Position numbers and translations under genes: made by a program. A stretch of 64,000 nucleotides of DNA from Paraphysomonas bandaiensis. Lineage: Eukaryota > Protista > Chrysophyceae. This document shows positions 53,282 to 64,000 of the stretch, piece by piece. Numbering within the stretch: the first letter of the stretch is position 1; every line of letters begins with the position of its first letter. The stretch covers positions 50,649 through 114,648 of the forward strand of contig CBFFRP010000398.1 of NCBI GenBank assembly GCA_965644295.1, given 5' to 3'. Below the pieces are notes generated by a model. It was given only the letters and a program-made list of their open reading frames with translations, was not told the origin of the DNA and did no database searches.

Positions 53282-56200
53282 ATGCCGGTTGTTAAACACC
53301 GTCCAAACTTCTCTGAATTGATAACTAAAGCTGCTAGCCAGCGGACTCGACAGAGATCAAAGCAGATGAAGTATATGGCAGTGGTGAGAGCCTCTGTAGC
53401 GATATCGGCCGGAGCTCACAGTCATGACGAGAAAAGGAAGTTAACTGTTCTCATGCACTCTCCTAAAGTAACCAAGGCTATGCTACTTTCAGTCAATGTA
53501 CAAAAGTTTTTGGATTCAAATGTAGTACAATGCATTCGAGCGGTAGTTGTGATTGCTGCCTTTGTTACACTTTCCTTAACAGCTAAAGCGGCCGGTGACA
53601 TCTCTGACCAGCACTATAGTATTATGGAACTTGTTAACATAGTTATTGATGTGTACTTTATCATTGAAGGGACGCTGAAGGTGATCTCCACCTTCTATAG
53701 AGTAGTAATGAAGAAAGATCAGCTGGAAAAGTCGAATATAGTCGAATTATTCACCTACTCTGGTGTGTTGGAGATTGTAATTGCGTCATGCAGCCTTGGC
53801 TTTCAAAATTTCAAAATCAAGTCGTGGTGTAGACTTTGTCGAATTCTTCTCATATCAGCTATATTTTTGAAGCATATGCCTAACATAGACGTTCTGATGG
53901 TAGTATTAATACTTTTGCCTTGCTGTCTGGTTGTGTTCATTATGTATATGTAGAGTGGGATCAGTCTTGGGGTGCACTCGCTAATATCCACGTGGCTACT
54001 CCTGACACTTGTTTTTTTTATATATGCCGCATGTGCAGTAAAATTTTTTGGAAGAAATGACCCGTTTCACTTTGGAACCATGGCCATGAGCATGTGGACA
54101 TTTTTTGAAATGGCAACACTTGATGTAAGTGTATGATTGATGTCTTTACCATGGAAACTACTCTATATATTTGCCAATATAATGCTGCTGTGTGGACTAG
54201 AACTGGGAGAAGGTGATGTATATCAATATGTATGGATGCATAGAGTCGCCATTCTACTACTACACACAAACGGAGATAAACGGAACTGTGTATGAGGGAC
54301 TGCCTCGAAGTGTTTTCATGTATGGAAATATGTTTTTGCCAGTTTGCGAGCAGTCAGTAGGACGTCCGTTACTTGCTTCCTTTATGTTCATTACCTTCAC
54401 ACTGGTATGCGGGTTTATCTTAGTGTCTCTAACTGTAGCAGCGGTCACTTCTGGAATAAATGACCGCATTGCCGAAATACAGTCCGAAGAACACGATCGC
54501 GTGGATGAAATTGATGCTGTGGTAGCTGAGGAGGAAGGGGGACAAGAAGAAGTAGCCACCGTGGATAGTATGGATCCTGAATTAGTGATCGTGATGCTAA
54601 AACGGATGTGGTTGAAGCAAAGGGCAAAAGAGCAGCGTATAGATCGCCCACGACGATTCAGTAATCACAAAGTGATGACTAATGCGACTGGGACAGCACG
54701 AATCCACCCAGAAGAATATGTAACTCAATCATATGTATTGGGGTGTTTGGATTGCATTCAGGATATATTCTATGATTGTATTTGTGGATGCGATATCATT
54801 GACCAGAGCTTGTTAATGAGAAACATGACTGGACATGTCATATACAAGATGTTAATTGCGGGCTTGATTCTATTTTCTGCTCTGTTTGAGATATGGATCA
54901 TTCAGGAAGACGCAGATTCGGAGTCGCTTGGAATATTCTCTGTGCAGTTAGGCTTGCAACTGTTTTTCATTTTAGACCTAGCGTGTAAATGTTTGGCACA
55001 CTACCCTGAATATGTCACTTTTTTCAAGGACAATTGGAACTCATTTGACCTTGTACTAGTTCTACTTACGTGCGTTCCATTTATTGCCTACGGAACGAGT
55101 GAAGGGGAGCTATTTAGTAAGTTTACTGGGGCACTGAGTGCTTTATATGACATATTTAATGGCGTGATGTTAGGTTTACTTAGGGTTCTCCGTATCCTCC
55201 GTGTGCTACGGATATTGACATGGATCGAGAACCTGAGTGTGATGATCCGAGCTATTACCGGATCTGTTAGAGCCCTTGTATATTTGGTTATTCTAATGTG
55301 CATATTCTTTTATCACTTCGCAATTGCTGGGGTATTTCTGTTTGAAGACAATGACGTGTACCATTTTGGAACACTATGGAGAGCTTTCGTTTCACTCTTT
55401 CAGGTAAGTGCCGATAAACAAAGGCTTGTGGAATTAATTTGTGTTATTAGGTGGTAACCCTTGCGAATTGGTCTGATGTGGCACGTACAAACATGTATGG
55501 TGAGTTAATGATATTGCATGCGTGCAGGATTCATTGTATATACCACATACAGGATGTGATCTTTATGGCTATGACACTGGGAAGGAATCTTTCGACAAGT
55601 TGTGTAACGAGCCGTCTGGGCTTGGTTGGTTTGCAGCCTGGTATATTTCGTGTTGCCACTGTACTTGGTTATGACTCATGTAGTATTATTTGTTTTGTAG
55701 GTACTTCGTTGTGTTCATCATATTCGGGGTTATGGTCCTTGTATCGCTTTTTGTGGGCATCATAATAACCTCCATGGAGCTTCTTAAGGAAGGCATGAAA
55801 GAGGAAGATGCCATGTGGGCGAAAGTTCGAGAGCGACAGAAACGGTACAAACTAGACGATGCAGATATCGACAACATGTTGGAGGTGTTTGACACAGTAG
55901 ACAAGAATAGCGTTGCTCAATTAACGGTGAGTCGCTTCGTGCTACCTAATTGATCTCAGTTGTAAGTGCTGTTTAGTTGGGCGATATGAAACCGATTTTA
56001 CAAATGGTGATTCCTGACGACTTAGACCAAGTTAGCGTTTTTATGAAGGTGCCCATAGTATGAGCTCGTGGAAGTGTGCTGCTGACATAATTACAGGCTG
56101 ACACAAACTCAAGTGGACAGATTGATTTCTCAGAATTTCTTGATATTGTACATCGCATGGGCGAATATTTCCAAAATAATCCTGAAATTGTCAATAGTGC

Positions 56201-56456
56201 AATTGAAGAAGCAAGTTCTCGGAGAAAGCTTAGACAACGGCAATCGTTTGGCGCTGACAATGCGATACACATATTGAGACAGATATCCAACACAAAAGTT
56301 AAAGTCCTCAATATACAGACAAAGAAGGAAAAGGAGGGAAACAATGCCGCAAAAGCCGTCGAAGATTGCAATTGTGATGCATTCGCCAGCCATGATAAAG
56401 TGGAGGCTTTCTCTTGTGATGAGGAGAAGCGATTGGATAGAGAACAGAGGACTTGA
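53282..56456 (+). CDS. Voltage-gated-type cation channel with two ion-transport domains and C-terminal EF-hands, multi-exon
   Basis: Domain 1 pore NDPFHFGT...FEMATLD|NW; domain 2 pore NDVYHFGT...LFQ|VVTLANW. S4 LRVLRILRVLR; DNWNSFD. EF-like loops DKNSVAQL and DTNSSGQIDFSEF. Confidence 0.88.
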
Positions 56457-57476
56457 CACTGTATGAGGCTTTTTACGATGACAACTAGATTGTGTGCCGC
56501 ATTGTTGTTTGCTCATGTATGTAAATTTATAGCACAGATCGTTTTCTATTTGTAAAAGCTGCTTTTGTTGTGAATAGTCAGTAATTTAACAGTAAATATG
56601 TCGTGAAAGATAAGTGGATCGGTTTCGTTATCGTCATATTCATTCGAAATTAATTGATATACTCATATAATAATAGTGTAAGACATTTCCAGATATTATA
56701 TAGATATAATCAATTGCCACGCAGATATCCCAAGTTGCCATTATGACACTTTTATTGTAATATATAACCGAACTCAAAATGATACTAAAAATATCACTCA
56801 ATAATTAATTTAAATTGTGATAGTAATTTTTCAGCATTATTTATTAAAACTTGTCGCAGTAGTAAACTTTACTATCACCACTCAATAACTTCTAAAAAGT
56901 CACAATCATTTAAACTTGTTACTTTTTAATTTAGCTAGAAATATATCATATATCACGTGAATACCACCATAATAATACTGTACAGGTTACAACATAGACA
57001 TCCGTTACATCCGTATGTACGGATAATAGTACTAATATATCCTAACCCTATATAGTATCTGGCCTTGTTGATACTCATATCTTCTTATCTGATCATCACT
57101 ACCATCTACGTCTCATATCATACTACAAACTACAATAGTAGAGTGAATGTCGCTTTATCAGCAATAGGCTGTTAAGACTCAGACTCAGTGCTTAACTCCA
57201 ATATCCTACTATTGAACGCTTCTAAAGCTGCTTGTGCGTCACCGCAAACACCAAGGTGCAACTACTTTCACTCTATCACTCTAAGCAAATGCGGTGAACA
57301 CGCAGAATATTGATATACCTGACATCTGCTGACTTCAGGATTTTTGAGTCCTTATGGTGAACAGCCCGGATGCTTGAATTCAGCAGAGGCAGCCCAATAC
57401 CCTGGGTGCCCCTTGAGGTGGGCCTATATTCCCGGATGCCTGTTTACTCGTCAGGGTCCAAGTGAGACTTATTGTT

Positions 57477-58138
57477 GAAATATATTATTCTACTGAGTCA
57501 ATTTGGTAGAATTTCCTAGTCATACTATTTTCGGTGTAAAAACCTAGTCAAAGCAATAAATGACTCAACCTAGCCAATTATAGTATTAAACCTAGCCATG
57601 AATTGTACTCGCATATAGTTACGCATTACAGGCCTATAGCTACACATTACAGGCATATAGCTACGCATTACAGAAGCATGAGGTCATAGCAGGTGACGTA
57701 GAACCAATATGCAACATACATCAGGTCAAAACAAAGCTAAAGAGCGGTATACAGCATATAGCACCATATGCAGGACTCCATCGATCTCTCCAATGCTGAA
57801 GTAGGCTGGTAGACCATTATTTCTCTCAACACAATCTTCATGCGTGTCCTTCAGTTTCCTTTGAAAACATCGATGAAATCTTACTCTCTGGGGGTCTATC
57901 AGCATCACTTATTAAAGTATGAATTATAAGGCACAAGTATGACAACAACACGCTACAACCTCTTACACACCCCTCTACACACTGAATACCCACTTCCACC
58001 AACTCAACCTAGTCATTGTAATGATAAAAATCTAATTATTTAATGACTAGGTTTTTCTACCTTTTGACTAGTTTTTTACACCAATTTTGGTGTGACTAGG
58101 AAATTCCACTAAATTGACTAGGTCGAAAAATAGATCCC
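57477..58138. mobile_element. Non-autonomous TIR element (MULE-like) with 9-bp TSD
   Basis: Imperfect ~80-bp TIRs (AGTCAATTT.GT.GAATTTCCTAGTCA...GGTGTAAAAA.CTAGTCAAA). TSD CTTATTGTT at 57468-57476 and 58139-58147. Internal 21-bp tandem repeat x3 at 57611-57673. Confidence 0.8.
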
Positions 58139-58514
58139 CTTATTGTTGGTGTTCCTAGTATCACACAAGCATTTGGCTATGAGTTGGCAGAAAATTATAT
58201 GTTGACTATATATATGGCTCACGTTAGTTTCCCGGAGAAAAGGTGCAAGTCCGACTTTGTTGAAGGCAACCTACACTACTTCTTCCTTATTCATGTATCC
58301 ACTATGATTGTGAATATCTAATAAGTTGCAATGAAATATAAAAGGATTTCTTAACTGTACTTCATTGAGTATAGTGTGAGTTGAGAGCTACTTCCTTGTA
58401 CGGGACAATGTCAATTTCGGATGCCATTAGATATCTAGTTAAAATAAAGCTACTCGTGTACGGATGTGTTGTACAGCAACTGACAAACATTGGACCAATA
58501 GTTAAAAATCTTTT

Positions 58515-61500
58515 TTACTTCGTTGAACGCGTAGTATCGTAAGTTGGGTCGTGCTTTACTAACTCCGTTTCCAAAACACCTAAATCATGCAACCACATAT
58601 CATGCGCCGACCTTTTTACGGCGTCCGAGAGTTTCGATTCAGCAGAAGCTGCTCGAGATCCTAAATTATCAGCCTGATCAGATGTTAAACTCCTCATGGG
58701 CATACTCAAAAGATATCCAAAATTATCGCTAGAGCTATTACCCTCCACCATTTCATCTCCGTGTCGCAAACGCGATATATCCTGCGCTGTCGCATACCCC
58801 CTTCTCAAAAGCAATCCCTTTATCTCTGCGTCCGACACTGGCACACCGGATCTAATTAAACTGATATCGCCCGATATCACTTCTCGAATGAAACGAGATC
58901 GATTCCTGGTCATCATTTCCTCCGCTCGCAGCAACTGTAAGACATTTTCTCTTCGCCTCTCGTATCCATCTAGCCTGGCACTATAGTGCACATTTACTAT
59001 ATCTTCGGCTGTGTCAAACTTTCGTAATTTCATGTCTGTATCAAATCCGTGCATATTTTCTGTACACGAAAGAGCAATGATAAAATGCATACCACATGTA
59101 AAAACACATACTCAGTGAAATAGTTGAGGAGAGGGAAAACAATTTCATTAGTCCTCCTGGTTTAATCTCGAGGTTGTCCCATACAGCCTACGATAAAGAA
59201 ATGAAACACGCATTGAAAGAGAACTGAATTTGCGAACCCTTGGGGCGTGTAGCTGGAATCGAACCCTATCAACTGTGTGCATTTCCCGCATCGAGGTGAA
59301 AGATATTTTCGACTTTTGGGACAACTTAGCGAGATTTTCCTTGAAACTTTCCGTCCACCGCCCCACAGGAAGCTCCGAAATCTACACATTGCACAAAAGA
59401 GCCAAATTAGGGACTATTCACTACCACTGCATCACATATGCTGCACCATCGCATGTACTTAGCAGTGTACAGGTGTCACCTCTACGACTGTTCCCGATGT
59501 ACGCTTGATAACCCCATTACACTGATAGATTTCTTCATCACGCCTGATCTCACCCTGAAGGCGCACCAGACTTAAGTATACAGTCGAATACAGGCGTGTA
59601 CAATCTATTCCTACCTTGAACCCCCTCACCCAAGGATGCAGTTGTCGGGATGGTGATATGCCCCTAAACATAATTAAAATGACTATAGTACCATCGACCC
59701 ATCTCACCGCACTAGTTGTTCAACATGCCGGACAACATCCAGTGGATTATACAAAGGGATTTCTGAAACAGATAGTTATTCGTCAATTTGAGCCTATAAA
59801 TATCCTACCTGTGGACCATCCTGTACCGATTCCAGTGCTCCCATTTACCAATAGCATAGGAATGATTGGTAAATAGTTCACTGGTTCCACAGTTTTCCCA
59901 TCTTCTTTGGCATATGTAAGTATGGGGTCGTCAGCTTCATGATATATATGACGGGCAATGGGAGAGAGTCGAGTGAAAATATATCGTCCCTGAGCAGCAT
60001 CTTTTCCACCCTTATGGCGAGTACCAAACTGACCCGATGGAACCAATAATGGAAGATTGCTTGCCCCAACGTAGTCTTGTGCCATACGAATGATCGCGCT
60101 GATGAGTGACCTGTCACCGTGATGGTATGACGTCAACTCAGTCACCGACCCCGCTAATTGAAGCACCTTCATATCCGAGCGAATACCTTTATGCAAGCAG
60201 GTGTACAGCACCTTTCTCTGAGAATTCTTAAGACCGTCTATAGCGGAAGGTAGGGACCTAATAATATCCGCCCTCGAATATTGAATTAAGTCATTATGAA
60301 TAAAATCGTCATATGTTATATCACGCTTTGTGGGACAGCTAGCGGAATACTCTGTCGCTCTGTTTTCAATCCACTTCTTACGATCGCTAATGCGACTGCT
60401 ACAAAACACTACTTTGAGGGCTTCACCAGTCTCAGGACTATAGACAAAGTTCTGAACGTTCTTACTCAAATTACGAAAATATTCTTTGCCGTCTTCTGCA
60501 GTACTGGTGCCAAGTCCCTAACAAAAAATACTAGATAAATATTCGAACATCAAGCGATGTAGCATATATCGTAGTCACCTTATAATACTTTACTGTGATC
60601 TTATCTAACGCACTCGAGCCATATTCAATTTCAAACTGCTGTCTCCACTTCTCGTATTCCTGTGTACTGTAAAACTCCTTCTTTATTGCTCGCTTATCGC
60701 TCGTGTAAGTCACCTTGATAAGAGGTGTGCACAGCTGCTGAACAAACCCCTGTCGTTGTACAAGAGATGGCCAATACTTATACAAGAAATTAACGACAAG
60801 GCCTTTGATATGGGTCCCATCGGTATCCTGATCGGTCATCAGGAGAATCCGGCCATACCTCAAGCCTGATAAGCTTTCCTTATACGTGCTATCAAAATCT
60901 AACCCCATAGCCTGGCAAATCCGCACTACTTCGTCGTTTTCATACAACTTTCTTCTTGTAGAAAGTGCATTGAGAATCTTCCCTTTGAGAGAGAGAACCC
61001 CATATAAGTCTCTTCCCACAGCCTCCAGACCTATATGATTGGTTACCAATAAAAACATGCAACATAACCTTCCATACAGTAATCTTACCAGCCACAGCAA
61101 GGGCTTTCGCGGATTCACCCTCAGTTATAACTAAAGTACAGTCCTTGGCTCTTACACGGTCACCTAATACCAATACACAATCACAACGGTGCAGATACGT
61201 ACAAAAAAAGCAGTTCGTACCGGCATAATGCGCATCATCAAGTCCTCGCACTATAATAGAACCCTTTCCAAAATGACCCTTATCTGGTGTCAAAACTTGC
61301 TTTCTAGCTTTTCTTTCCATCATTTCTAGCAAGTCCTTCACGAGCAGACCATCGTCGAAACTCTTCTTCAAAAATGATTCCGGAAGAACACACTGAGATC
61401 CAAACCTTGACACTGCGGTTGTAAGGGAATCTTTAGTCTGACTATCAAACGATGGGTTCTCAATAAGACACCGAATAAAAATCATTAATTTATTCTTTAT

Positions 61501-62896
61501 AACTGTAGCAGACGGAGGTGATAGGGTGGGATCCTCGTTGGAGAGCACTCCTTCGATGTATTTAACACACTGCATGGCTACATGATTCACATGAGTACCC
61601 CCTCTAGCTGTCCACACACTATTCACGAACGACATTTGCTCAAAGGATGCTGAAGGAGACAACATAACTCCCACCTCCCACCGATTTCCAACATTTGCCA
61701 CATGCACGTTCGATCTCGCATCCGACGAAAAGAGTGCTATATAGTCTGCAAACGACTTGACGGGAATATCCACGCCATTAAAGCTGACTGCGATTCCACT
61801 TTCCTTCCCTCCTGAGAGCCCACACGCACATACATCTATTACACGTCTGCGAAGCAGACGTACCGTGTCTTCTAGGGACGCCAGTGGTACATCATTGTGC
61901 GCCACAGTACCCGCTATACTCTCAGCAGAAGCTGTATATAATTTGGGCAGATCGGGACAGAAAGTAATCAGTGTATAACTACCCTCCTGCTGCAGTTCTG
62001 TAGGCGTGTGGATTGTAGGAGGTGACACGTACTGCATATTATTTCTCCACTCCTGTCGATATAAGGTATTACGGGAACTGTCGTATATTTCTACCGAAAA
62101 CTCATTGCTGAAAATGTTGGTCAACTTCGCCCCATATCCATGACGACCACCAGTGACCCGTCGCTATAACATGATCTTAAACCCCGTAAAAATGCATAGG
62201 CATCAGTAAACAAAACAGAATACACCGTGGTAACTCATTATATAGAGCACACACACTGCACCCATACCTTCGAGTCATCAAAATTTGACCCAGTCATCAT
62301 GTGCCCAAATATTAATTCGGGGGTGTAGATATTCTCCTTGTCATTGATAGCAACAGGAATACCTTTCCCATTGTTTTTAACAGAGATAGTAAACACCCCG
62401 TCTTTAGCACGTGGACCAATATTAACATCAATATACGACATGTTATGCCCTCTCCAACGGTTATCTGCAGCGTTAACTAGAATCTCATCAAATATCTGTC
62501 AAAAACAGTCTCATTAGATGACCATATCACAGACACATATACAGATATATACACCCTACAAGACGATCATATCCCATACATACATACGTATATGTACCTT
62601 AACGAATGCAGGGCTGACATACACATCCTCTTTCTCCATACACCGCTTAGATTCATTAAACAGCCATGTATTGAGTGTACTGGGAGTGGTTTCCCCGACA
62701 TACATCCCTGTTAACACTCATAACATGCTGTATATGTGTATATATGACATAAGTGACCTGGACGGAGCAACACATGCTCTATAGGAGACTTCCGCTCATA
62801 TACATCTTCCTCTAGAACAGAGACAAGACGTCGAGGAGAGTGAAGATGTGAGGGACGAATGCATCGACGAAGAGGAGCTAAACGCAACCCCAGCAT
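58515..62896 (-). CDS. TOP2: DNA topoisomerase II (eukaryotic type IIA), probably mitochondrion-targeted, multi-exon
   Basis: EHVLLRP, IFDEILVNAADN, NNGKGIP, GSNFDD, GGRHGYGAKL, TEGESAK, LKGKILN, MTDQDTDG, DGLK.SQRK, YHHG and active-site RYIFT. N-terminus MLGLRLAPLRRCIRPSHLHSPRR. Confidence 0.93.
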
Positions 62897-62998
62897 AGTG
62901 GTATGCAGAGTACGTATAGGATCTGACTGTACTGAGCAACACGCCACTTCGAAGAGAGAAAGTAAGTCAAACCAATCACTGACTGGGACTGCACACCA

Positions 62999-63362
62999 CA
63001 TACATACATACATACATACATACATACATACATACATACATACATACATACATACATACATACATACATACATACATACATACATACATACATACATACA
63101 TACATACATACATACATACATACATACATACATACATACATACATACATACATACATACATACATACATACATACATACATACATACATACATACATACA
63201 TACATACATACATACATACATACATACATACATACATACATACATACATACATACATACATACATACATACATACATACATACATACATACATACATACA
63301 TACATACATACATACATACATACATACATACATACATACATACATACATACATACATACATA
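62999..63362. repeat. Perfect (CATA)n microsatellite, ~91 units
   Basis: Directly visible; lies ~100 bp upstream of the TOP2 ATG. Confidence 0.99.
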
Positions 63363-64000
63363 CTGTAGCTGACAGACACCAAGAGAAAGAAGACTAGGAA
63401 TATATGGTTATTATGTATATAAGAATCATGTATGTATAGGCTGGCATGAAGCAACTGCCTATCACTATATCACGATCCTGAAGGGACGTGCCCAAGGCAA
63501 ACCCTGAAGGAGAGTGATCGCAAATCTAAAAACCCAAGGTTTTCCCAAAAGGCTGGGGTTTCATGCCACACTACCCCTTCCTTCCTTTTTTTTTGAAGAA
63601 AACCTGGCATTTAGCCTACGAAAACTACTACTCCTAAAAAAACTCACCACTACTACCCTACATATCACTCCAAGCATTATTCTGACTTACGAGAACCTTA
63701 TCATAGTGTAGGACTATCCACTTTCATATAGAATATATACGTGTACATGTCCTGTATTATATGATTAGTAGTACAGTACTGTATTGTATACGTGTACCAT
63801 GTAGTAAGGAATACAAACTGTAGGGAATGTGATTGTTGTTGGGATTAACAATAGCCGTTGATATTATTGTAGACAGTATTATTAGCCGTTGATATTGTAG
63901 ACAGTATTATTCATGATTCATTATACGATAATAATCATTATTTTGTACTTCTGTACTTGGGTATTGCTTTGCACACATACACATATGTATGCAAGCCCAC

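Noticed and set aside
63470-63720. Homopolymer-rich segment with a short CCTGAAGG repeat next to the microsatellite
   Set aside because: May be low-quality consensus beside a long repeat; no interpretable structure.

Overview
Eukaryotic nuclear DNA, gene-dense, with many short (~45-60 nt) GT-AG introns. The silicon transporter, centrin, TMEM237-like gene, AOX and CryptonS relic point to a flagellated, silicifying stramenopile, probably a chrysophyte (inference). Genes in order: TMEM237-like (partial), GH130 beta-mannosidase, silicon transporter (SIT), a giant BEACH-WD40 protein, alternative oxidase, a beta-hydroxyacid dehydrogenase, Nit2 omega-amidase, a multi-PH/PDZ/EF-hand protein, centrin, ECM29, two inverted copies of a YABBY-domain microprotein, VDAC, a two-domain BacNav-like cation channel with EF-hands, and a probably mitochondrial topoisomerase II. 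Mobile DNA: an internally deleted CryptonS, a hAT element beside a related 123-bp MITE, a MULE-like TIR element nested in a dispersed repeat, and a non-autonomous LTR retroelement (46615-49032). The LTR element is the best finding: it has no tRNA primer-binding site but carries a perfect 11-nt Tf1-style self-priming complementarity, 27 nt downstream of a TATA box. Other notable items are the two-domain non-TPC channel, the highly self-similar SIT halves, and a recurrent alternating purine-pyrimidine/(CATA)n signature upstream of most genes. Family assignments come from motif recognition by eye, not database searches.
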